From Aplysia californica (Eukaryota): DNA of 64,000 bases. The stretch is taken from contig NW_004797691.1 of the NCBI RefSeq assembly GCF_000002075.1, forward strand, positions 608,279 to 672,278, given 5' to 3'. The position numbers were made by a program, and so were the translations under genes. Below the pieces are notes generated by a model. The model saw only the letters and a list, made by a program, of their open reading frames with translations, was not told the origin of the DNA and searched no databases. Shown one piece after another: positions 40,404 through 50,500 of the stretch (within the stretch, counting starts at the first letter, position 1; every line of letters starts with the position of its first letter).

Positions 40404-43400
40404 CTGTGGAAAAAAAAAGGGACATGTGAGGAAATAACTAATAGGCCCTAATCAAGTTTCATTACAAAATGCTCTTAAGTATTGGTTTTTGAACACCAAC
40501 AACAGGGAAATGACCTTGTCAGAGATCAACTTAACCCTATCCGTACGTCGTGCTTTACTATCGTATCCATACGACATGCGGAACTCTGAGCCCCCCACTT
40601 TCCAAAGAGGAAATTTACTCGTTAATCCGATCTGTACACTTTGCATAGCAGTCTGTCAAAACGATTTTTTGAGAAATACTGAAAGTTTCAAAGAGATCTT
40701 CACAATAGAAGTATTCTAAAATGTGAAGAATACAACCTCTGGGGTACAAAATAACCCCAGGCGTACAGACAGAGTGATGACTCTAGAACAGACAACAATG
40801 ACAGAATATCAAAGATGACAAAGTCAAGACTAATCTCAAGATGAAACAGAAGTATGAAGCAGTGAAGGCATCCGTAAGATCTGGGGAGACACAAAATGAT
40901 GCAAAGAGTGCAGATTTCAACCATTTCCTCGCACTTGCAGAACCCACAAATTCTTTGCATATATTGACCTGACAAGCAACATTTTATGACCAAGACAGCA
41001 AACACACCATCATTTATCATTATGGAATTATGTCTTAGATACTTAGGCAAAGCCATCATGTTGTCTTAGCTTAATAGTAAAGAGGAAAAAAGACATACTA
41101 AAGGTCTCAAGCATTATAAGGAAGACTGGGGAGCCCGAACAATAAGATAAGACAGCAATTTAGTGATCTCTGCACAGATAAATTTGCAGCAGCACGGCAA
41201 ATACAGTGGAGCTCAGATTCAACGAGAGCTTGGATTCAACGAGAGGAGATGGGTTCCCCGTTTTTTTCTCCTTCAGGCACCACTAGTTACTTCACTTTAT
41301 ACATTACTTGCTCAGTGCCAGTAATTATCTACACAAAACCTCATATTGTCATATTTGCTATAACGAACACTCAGATTCAACAAGATTTTAGGTCAGGCCA
41401 GGCGACTTCAATGAATCCGAGTTCCACTGTACACGCATACATACTCATCAACACACACACACGAACACCAATTACACAGACACACACATGAATAGTTATT
41501 GGATGGACACCTAAAATGATGTTATTCTTGCACACTTGTCAATGACTGAAAAATAATGACGGACAAGAAAGAGTTTTCGGGGACATTATACGGAAAGGAA
41601 CATTCACCTTGAAAATGGTAACACACTTTTATTCTGAGCTGCTCAAAACTAAAAGGCAATAAAAACACTAAACACAGGACAAAAAAAACAACTTACAAAG
41701 TCTTTGAAAACATTGAAACTGGTCTAGATTGCATTAGTGATTCAAGGAGCTGGAGCAGAGCTCAGGAGTATTTTAAAAAATAACTAAAAAACAGCCAAAA
41801 ATCACAAACCTCAAACTGAAATCTTTGCAAGGTCAATTTTTTCTGCATTTCGTCAAAGGTGACTGGGTCAGCTCTGTACTGGTCTTTGAGCAAAGAGGGC
41901 CAGCAATGAGCTGCTGTGCTGTGAACTTTACTCAGACAAATCCGTACCATCTTTTTATCTTCTGTGGACAATAATACAGGAATATACATGTATTATACAC
42001 TCTGTATCATAGCATAAGTATGAAAATATAGCATGGATTTAAAACTTTTCTATCAAACTTCAAATACAGACATGAGCGAGAACTTTCTTTCCTAACAGTA
42101 CCTAGCAATAGTGACTTTATCATAGACAAATTAGGACATTTCTTATGCCATAGTCTACATCCCTGGTTACACACAGCGATTTATATAAACCGTATCAGAT
42201 TCATCGCACACAAGAACTGCCACTTTAAGAGAACTGAGTATTCTAAATTCTGTTTACACATTCCAATTTATCATCCAATTCTCTTTTGATTGAGAAAATC
42301 CCTCTTCCTTGCGTCAGATAACTGTTATCTATGACTCTATGCGATGACAGCAATTTGCTTGCTCTCTGTGAGTGTGAGCTTAAAACTTAGCTTATTTGAA
42401 CAGAAGACTAGCTTTTACAGCAAAACATTTTAACTCATACTGTCGTCATCCTACAATTTTCCTAACAACATTTTTTTTAAACATAAAATCCTTCTCGCCC
42501 CTCCCAAAACGGACCTAGATCACACATATTAGCAGAGCCAATGGTTTTTTTTTGTTGCAATAATATGGGGTGAGCCTTCCAGACTTTAACCCCATTCAAA
42601 GAAATATAAAGGCACACACTGAGTTCAACCTCAAAGTGCACACAAGCCACACTTAAGCACTCTAACTAGTCTAGCATAATCAGCCTGAGTTCATGCAAAT
42701 TAAGATCAAGTGCTAAAAGCAGACACAATATGACTTGTTTAAATGATTATATTTGGACTTTTCTGATAAAGCTGTGATAGGTGAACCTGTGGAGTACACA
42801 TGATGTGGAGTGTTCTGTCTCTTGTTTTAATGACTAAAAATGTTTACACATAAATAAATCAATTACTCGCCTAGTGTCCACACAGCATCATCAGCGTGGA
42901 CTGGTTCATACAGATCGCCCTGTGGAAGACAAAAAATGATTTCATTAACATTGTAGGTGTATTACTTCAAAGACGCATGTATATATGTATATATAATATC
43001 AATATAATTATAATTAATTCATCTGATAAGAAGAACAATATGTTGTACTGAAGCTTTTTAAATTATATTAACTCTTAGTTTACGGAAGGCTAATTGCTAC
43101 TCTTCCGTAGGCCCTACGCAGCCAGTTTTGTCAGCCAAGATTTCAGCATCACAAACTTTCTTTGCATAAAACAAACACCGAACTCAGCAAATAAAGACGT
43201 CCTAAGCAGTAAAATACAGTTTGGTTAATGGGAGTGTATACAGACCCGGTAACCGGGAACAAAGTCACAAAGTATACAGACCCGGTAGGGGAACTCTTTT
43301 GTGATTTCAGAAAGTTTCAGCGCCTGTTGGCTCAGGGAAGACCTAGGTTCTTCTAGATCTATGGCCCAGGTCTAGATCTAGATAGACAGACATTATAAAT

Positions 43401-43548
43401 GTAGATTAGATCTAGATCTAAATGAAGATTGCAGATGTCTCTTCGATGAACGATAGTTTTTCCTCCGTTTTGGAGTTGGAGGAATCACAATTTGAAGAAA
43501 AGAACAATGTCATAATTTCAATCGAGCAGTCACCCTCTCTATTTCTCT

Positions 43549-43628
<80 letters not shown>

Positions 43629-46431
43629 ATCACTCGCATTCTCTTTTTCTTTGTTTGTCTCCGTCTTTCTTTCTCTCCACCTATTTCCCACTCTATCTTT
43701 CTCTCGTTCCCTCCTACCAACTCGGGGCATGTTATCACNNNNNNNNNNNNNNNNNNNNNNNNNNNNNNNNNNNNNNNNNNNNNNNNNNNNNNNNNNNNNN
43801 NNNNNNNNNNNNNNNNNNNNNNNNNNNNNNNNNNNNNNNNNNNNNNNNNNNNNNNNNNNNNNNNNNNNNNNNNAAACTTTCCGAAATCACAAAAGAGTTC
43901 CCCTACCGGGTCTGTATACTTCGTGACTTGGTTCCCGGTTACCGGGTCTGTATACACTTCGTTGGTTAATATAGAAAGAATTTGCTGAGGTCTGTTGGAG
44001 TCTTGTTATGACTGCCGTGAGTCCACTGAACTGGCCACTGCTGCGCCATATACAAAGAGTTAAATTATAGTACATCCTTTTCATTGCATAATATCAATGA
44101 CTGCCACATTTAGATGAAAAAAATAAATACCCTGGAGAAAAAAATCCCCCAAAAAAGAGAAAGTCAAAGGAAAGAAGGGCTCAGAGTCATTGATGTAGCT
44201 GAAGATTCCCTGCTAGACAAAATGCAAAAATATTCTTCAAGTTGAAGCACTCAATATCCAATAGAAAAATACTCTAAAAACTAGAAGAAAATACTCAATC
44301 ATAAGCTAAAAAATGTACTGTCTAGCTGGTGGGCTCAGACAGTCCCTTTGAATGTTTTATTTTCTATAGGCATCTAACTATACCTGATAAAACAGCACTA
44401 AAATGCAACAAGATGAAATATTATTAAAAAGTAAAGATCATTTATAAATATGATCGTGTTATAATAATAGTTTATCTATCATAATACATTTTCATATCGA
44501 AGTGACTATTCGGACTCGAGTCCAATTCAAGAAAAATTATATTCGGACTCTGATTCGAATCTGTATGTCGGTTGTCTGTTTTGTTTTTGTAAAGTGTTTT
44601 ACGGCGTTCGCAACTGCATAGGTCATATGAGCGCGCGGGACACACCTAATATTTTCAGTTGGTAGGAAATTTTGAATTTTGCCCGGGTGGCGACCGAAAC
44701 CTACTCTTATCGATTTTAGACCACCAAGGGATCTTTAACGTGTGCAACTTGCACACGGGCCCTCCGAGATTTTTCGCCCTTGTCCGAGAAGGCTAAGTGT
44801 AGATCTTTCCTACCAGAAGATCAGGGGTGTGGCAGAAAGACAGCAGTAAGGAGGGGCCAAGGAGTAGCAGTAGAAAGGCTGCAGAAAGAGTCAGGAGCCC
44901 AGAGGAGGGGGCAAAGGAGGTGAGAGGGTGGGGGCAGAAAGTGGAAATGAAAGCAGACAACAGAACATTGCTAGAGGGCAGGGAAGGAGGTGAAAGGAGA
45001 CAATTTTAGAGAAGAAAATTTTTTGGTCGCTACCCGGATTCGAACCCGGGACCTTTGAATGAGAGGCCAACACCTTAACCTCTAGGCCACGAGAGCCCCC
45101 CACACACACACGAGTCGGTTGTCTGTTATATGCTAAATATTTCCAGCATTTACAAAAATTGTTTCGATTATAATGATAAAAATCGAGACGTGAGCTTTAC
45201 GTAAAGTCCCCAGATGACAGTTATATAATGTAACTTCCTTACACTAGTTACTAAATCTAGCCCGATCTCTAAACTGGTCCTCTCTGCATCTATAGGCCTA
45301 GTAATCTATTTATCATGTTTCAGAACAACCACGTTGAGTTGACCTCGCCAGGGGCAAAGTTAAATAGGTTGACCAATGAGATCATGTATAACCGATCGCG
45401 CATTCTCGGCTAGATGGGGGAAGAGGTATTGGGAAGAGGCCACGGCTGCCAATTTTGTGCAATGTAATTGTTTTTGTTTTTTAATAAATTAATTACAGAA
45501 AAACTATAAACATCAACAAAATGAAATTTTATACTGAAAAGACAAAAGGTGGTGAAAGTAATCAAGATGCTGTTGACTGGTAGTGGTACCCGGGGCTGGT
45601 TGCCACATATATGTCAACTCTTGAGTTGTTGGCTACCATGTCATGTACGTAGACACTGCCGTTGGGTAATGAGAGTGCAGTCTTTTGACTTCTGACACAG
45701 TTACACAAATCTTGTAGGGAATTCTATTTCTAATTATGGTTTTTTTACGTAAAATTAAAAATCCCACGACGACAGTTGTATTACGCAGCCTCCTTATAAC
45801 AACACTCTATAACCCAGTAAGTTAGAAGAAGAGTCTGAATGAATAAAACATTTTTTTCAGACCCAAGTCCAAATAGATAAAAAATCTTATCGGACTGGAG
45901 TCCGATTTGTAGAAGTGGCCTTTTCATACAGTCTTTTTAAAATTTTGACTAGACCCATTATCATAATAGATCTAGGTGTATTTGTTCATCTGAGGGAAAA
46001 TCATTGCTTGAGATAGCTCTCCACAGTCTACGTCAGGCCTATAGTAACACTGATTTTTATTTTGAATTAACAGAGAATTTTTTAAACTTGAACTTTCAGT
46101 TCATGATGAGTCTTTCGCATAAAAATTCATCAGATGAGTATAATTAACAGCTTGCACAAGGTTCACATTGTGAACTGAGGGCGCCATTAAATTGACCCGA
46201 CCCTGCTAATAAGCACCTGGAATTAATTAGAATCCAACCATTTACCTGAAACACTGTTGCTCCTTGAATGGAAAGACTGATGGCTCTCGGTTTGATGTTA
46301 CATTTCACTTCCTTGGCATTCAGTATCTGGTTGCTTGCTACTTCTATAAAGACTTCTTCCATTGTCTGCCACCAGAAGCCCCATTCGGTTTTGCATGGAA
46401 TTACTCCACTTCTTTCATCAAAGTGGGTCAT
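40329..46431 (-). CDS. NUDCD2: NudC domain-containing protein 2 (CS/p23-domain Hsp90 co-chaperone), exons 46431-46246, 42919-42871, 41961-41810, 40403-40329; 153 aa
   Basis: Motifs MTHFDERSGVIPCKTEWGFWWQTMEEVFIEV, VHADDAVWTLEDKKMVRICLSK, CWPSLL..QY.ADP..FDEMQKKLTLQRFQFENPGMDFS.A.MTGNY..GGP match recalled NUDCD2; frame is consistent with one GC-AG intron. Confidence 0.95.
41204..41429. mobile_element. pogo/Tigger-like MITE in NUDCD2 intron 3
   Basis: TIRs CAGTGGAGCTCAGATTCA / TGAATCCGAGTTCCACTG with TA flanks. Confidence 0.8.
41810..41961 (-). CDS. NUDCD2: NUDCD2 coding exon 3 (EDKKMVRICLSK...RFQFE)
   Basis: tccacag| acceptor; GAG|gtttgt donor. Confidence 0.94.
42871..42919 (-). CDS. NUDCD2: NUDCD2 coding exon 2 (GDLYEPVHADDAVWTL)
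   Basis: cttccacag| acceptor; AG|gcgagt GC donor required for frame. Confidence 0.9.
43230..43961. mobile_element. MULE/foldback-like non-autonomous element with ~90-bp TIRs and 9-bp TSD
   Basis: TIRs 43230-43318 and 43874-43961; TTGGTTAAT at 43221-43229 and 43962-43970; internal (CT)n and gap. Confidence 0.85.
43551..43627. repeat. (CT)n(GT)n microsatellite
   Basis: Direct reading. Confidence 0.95.
44581..45113 (-). mobile_element. SINE family B, full-length copy with 14-bp TSD
   Basis: GTCGGTTGTCTGTT at 44567-44580 and 45114-45127 flanks the element. Confidence 0.9.
46246..46431 (-). CDS. NUDCD2: NUDCD2 coding exon 1
   Basis: ATG at 46431; CAG|gtaaat donor. Confidence 0.95.
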
Positions 46432-47481
46432 TCTGCTTTGGCTTTGTGGGATCCTTTTTGTACTCTAAAGACTCAGTGACAATGCCTGGCTTCACTTGGA
46501 TATTATTTATGGTGTCAGTCCCAGGTGAGTGACAGTCTCTCTAGATGAAGACAAACAGTCAAAGTACAAATGAATGGGGGCTACATTAAACTAAAAATGA
46601 ATTACAATCTAGTAGCTTCAGTACTGTCTGCACTTTAAAGTCGTGCAGACAAGACTTGCTTACTAGAACTACAACTGTGTAGCAACTTAACTAGATTTAC
46701 ATACATATCTAGGCTTAGCAGACTGTTGTCAAGACCAAGAAGAGGCGAGAGGAAAAGGACGGAGAAGACTGAGCGAAGTCGAAGTCAATTATACCCATAT
46801 TAACACCCCTTTCATATGGTCTGTCTTTCATTACTCTCAACATTAAAAGCAGCCAAATATTTCATGTATAACGAATCTGAGTATGATGACTGACAATGAC
46901 ATGAAACTTTCCACTTTCCACCCACAGTTACAGGAAAATAAACAATGTGAAACCGAAAGTGCGGATGCCGGGCACTCTTTTCTTTTAGGAGATAAGGAAA
47001 CAAATCTCGAATAAGCCAGGTTGCACTTTCTGTAGTTTGTAGGCCAGAACATTTAGAAATGTGCTCTGATATATTATTACTTTCAGAATTTATAGAATAA
47101 GATCACAATAACAAATATTTTCAAAAATTTACAAAAATATTTTTTTAATCATATTTGTAAAGGTAATGTCTCTAGAAATTCACACAATCATAAAGAGAAT
47201 GAGGAAGATCTAATTTCTTTGGCTTTAGACACCAAGGAAAAACGACACAAACAAAAAGTACGAATATCGATAAAATAAGTACATAGTAATCGAAAATAAG
47301 TTGGAAAAAAATCTGTCAACATGTGTGCCATTGCTTTCACTTTCATGGATTTAATGAAGAGGGAATCTTAAGTCAACTCCCAAAATTGAGGGAGTTTGAT
47401 CTGAACTGACATCTCTGTAATATTCGGTTCTTGACCTTTTTCTTCAAATTTAGAAGTAGGCTAAAGCTGATTGACTTCAAA
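46432..47481. promoter_or_regulatory. Bidirectional promoter / 5'UTR region between NUDCD2 and SDAD1
   Basis: Divergent ATGs 1.05 kb apart; DRE-like TATCGATA at 47265-47272; candidate NUDCD2 5'UTR intron (minus donor near 46663, acceptor 46542-46541). Confidence 0.7.
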
Positions 47482-47580
47482 ATGTCCAGTAAAGCCGTTG
47501 CGAAGTCGGTGCAGTTTGCATCCAACTTGCCACAGCTTCAAAATTTGATGAAACGTGATCCACAGTCATACAAAGATGAG
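47482..47580 (+). CDS. SDAD1: SDAD1 coding exon 1 ([33 protein letters not shown])
   Basis: caaaATG start; GAG|gtatgg donor. Confidence 0.93.
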
Positions 47581-50500
47581 GTATGGTAGATACATAGATC
47601 TAAACTAGATCTAGATCTAGTCTTTGACAACCAGCTAAGTTTAGATCTAAATATGCAGATTAATTGGTGTTGATTTACTTCCACACCAGTCTCATATCCA
47701 GATAGTCAGTAGTGCCATTGTTTGACCATTGCCATGGATGGCTGGAGGAATTGCATTTATTATACTATACGGCATAATACGCTGTGTCTACGTAGCCTCG
47801 GGGTCTACGTACACGGTAACCGTGTACATAGCCTCCTGGTCTACGTACACAGTAACCGGGCAGGTAAGCTAGCCTCAGTGTCTACGTACACGGTACCGGT
47901 AACCGGCAACCGGGCGCGTACGTAGCCTCGGGGTCTACGTACACGGTAACCGGGTGTGTAGTCTCAATGTCACACGCACGGTAACCAGGCGAGTAGATCT
48001 AGCTTCAATATCTACGTACACGGTAACCAGCAACCGGGCGCGTAGCCTCAGTGTCTGCGTACACTGTAACCGGGTATTTTGTTTTGTGGGCGGGCGCTTG
48101 AGCTAGGTGCACGGTAACTGCTTCGCTCCCTTCGTGACCTTGACCCTTTTCTTGTTTCACTCCGCTTTTTATGTTCCAAAACCACGAAAATTATCCCAAT
48201 CTACTCCCCGTCATCTTTCCTAGTTTAGTTTAGTGTTAGCAGAGGTTTTACGGCACTCGCAACTGCATAAGGTCATATGAGCGCCAGAGAATTAGAGGTA
48301 GAGTAACAAACACAAAAAGAAGGAAAAGAAAGATAAGGATGACAGATGTTGAATAGGAAAGTAGGAGCAGACCACACAAGAGTACCCACCAACCACCCAC
48401 TAATACTGTCTTTACACACACCACACTTACAATCACACACAAAAATACATTAACACACACAGAGAGAGAGACAGATTGAGACAGAGAGTGAGAGAATAGA
48501 GAGAGAGGGGGGAAAAGTAAAAGAGATAGAGTGAGAGATGGGAAAAGTAAAAGAGAGAGAGAGGAGAGAGAAAGAAAGAGAGAGAGATAGTGTGGGTGTG
48601 TGTGTGTGAGAGAGAGAGTGAGAGAAGAGAGAGGGGGGGGAGTGAAAGAGGAGAGAAAGAAAGAGAGAGAGAGACAGTGTATGTGTGTGTGTGCATATGT
48701 GTGAGAGAGAGAGGGGGAGGNNNNNNNNNNNNNNNNNNNNNNNNNNNNNNNNNNNNNNNNNNNNNNNNNNNNNNNNNNNNNNNNNNNNNNNNNNNNNNNN
48801 NNNNNNNNNNNNNNNNNNNNNNNNNNNNNNNNNNNNNNNNNNNNNNNNNNNNNNNNNNNNNNNNNNNNNNNNNNNNNNNNNNNNNNNNNNNNNNNNNNNN
48901 NNNNNNNNNNNNNNNNNNNNNNNNNNNNNNNNNNNNNNNNNNNNNNNNNNNNNNNNNNNNNNNNNNNNNNNNNNNNNNNNNNNNNNNNNNNNNNNNNNNN
49001 NNNNNNNNNNNNNNNNNNNNNNNNNNNNNNNNNNNNNNNNNNNNNNNNNNNNNNNNNNNNNNNNNNNNNNNNNNNNNNNNNNNNNNNNNNNNNNNNNNNN
49101 NNNNNNNNNNNNNNNNNNNNNNNNNNNNNNNNNNNNNNNNNNNNNNNNNNNNNNNNNNNNNNNNNNNNNNNNNNNNNNNNNNNNNNNNNNNNNNNNNNNN
49201 NNNNNNNNNNNNNNNNNNNNNNNNNNNNNNNNNNNNNNNNNNNNNNNNNNNNNNNNNNNNNNNNNNNNNNNNNNNNNNNNNNNNNNNNNNNNNNNNNNNN
49301 NNNNNNNNNNNNNNNNNNNNNNNNNNNNNNNNNNNNNNNNNNNNNNNNNNNNNNNNNNNNNNNNNNNNNNNNNNNNNNNNNNNNNNNNNNNNNNNNNNNN
49401 NNNNNNNNNNNNNNNNNNNNNNNNNNNNNNNNNNNNNNNNNNNNNNNNNNNNNNNNNNNNNNNNNNNNNNNNNNNNNNNNNNNNNNNNNNNNNNNNNNNN
49501 NNNNNNNNNNNNNNNNNNNNNNNNNNNNNNNNNNNNNNNNNNNNNNNNNNNNNNNNNNNNAGAGGGGGGGAGGGGAAGTAAAAGAGAGAGAGAGATAGTG
49601 GCTGAGTGAATTATCTCTTGGACCTTCCGGTTACCGTACCCTGAGGCTACGGGCCCGGTTACCGTGTACGTAGACCCCGAGGCTACGTACACGGTTACCT
49701 TGTACGTAGACCCTGAGGCTACGTACACGGTTACCGTGTACGCACTCCGTTTATTATAACAATAACGGAGTGTCTACACGTACACTACACGGCACTCGGT
49801 AACCGGGCACCTAGCCTAGTCTCAGTATCTACGTACATGGTAACCGGGCACCTAGTCTCAGTATCTACGTACACGGTAACCGGGCACCTAGTCTCACCTA
49901 GATTCTAGTTTCAGTATCTACGTACACAGCGGTAACCGGACACAAGTCTAGTCTCAGTCTGAGTATCTACGTAAACGGTATCCGGAATGAAAATAAATCA
50001 ATATATTTGTCCTGTGCTGTCACTTGCTGAAAAAGTCATACAAGCGTTTTTTTGGGCTCGCCATCATGACCGGTCAGTGAACCTGTGCCTGCGCATCACA
50101 TACATTGTGAGTACCGGTTGGTGTCACCAAAGTTCATTCAAAGTCTTCTAAAGCTGTACGCTGCGAAGTATAGGGCTTGGGAATGGGGGGATTACCCCGG
50201 TATTTTTTTTTTTAAGGTACAGTCGGGGGAGTGGTGGGGATGAAGGCAACACCGGATGACAAAAACTAAACTTGGAGTTCTGAACTGCCGGGTTACCGTG
50301 TACGTGACACTGAGACTACATGCCCGTTACCGTGTATATATATATGCCCGGTTACCATGTACGTGACACTGAGACTTGGTGCCCGGTTGCTGGTTTCCGT
50401 GTACGTAGACACTGAGGCTAGGTGCCTGGTTACCGTGTACGTAGACACTCCGATTCCATAATGAGCGACCACTCTCTAACTTCTAAGAAACAGTAGAGAG

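Noticed and set aside
44827-45109. Recurring similar ORFs (also 25264-25467, 60888-61417)
   Set aside because: Translations of SINE family B copies.
46100-46140. Hammerhead ribozyme core (minus strand CTGATGA..GAAA)
   Set aside because: Stem II cannot pair and stems I and III are inconsistent; similar cores at ~3190 and ~23113 fail for the same reason.
48433-49728. ORFs of 300-430 aa
   Set aside because: Artefacts of N-gaps and microsatellites, as are the ORFs over the gaps at 8.4, 13.7, 26.2, 33.7 and 43.7 kb.
47785-50452. CRISPR-like repeat array
   Set aside because: Eukaryotic context, no unique spacers and no cas genes; the units are tandem minisatellites in inverted arms.
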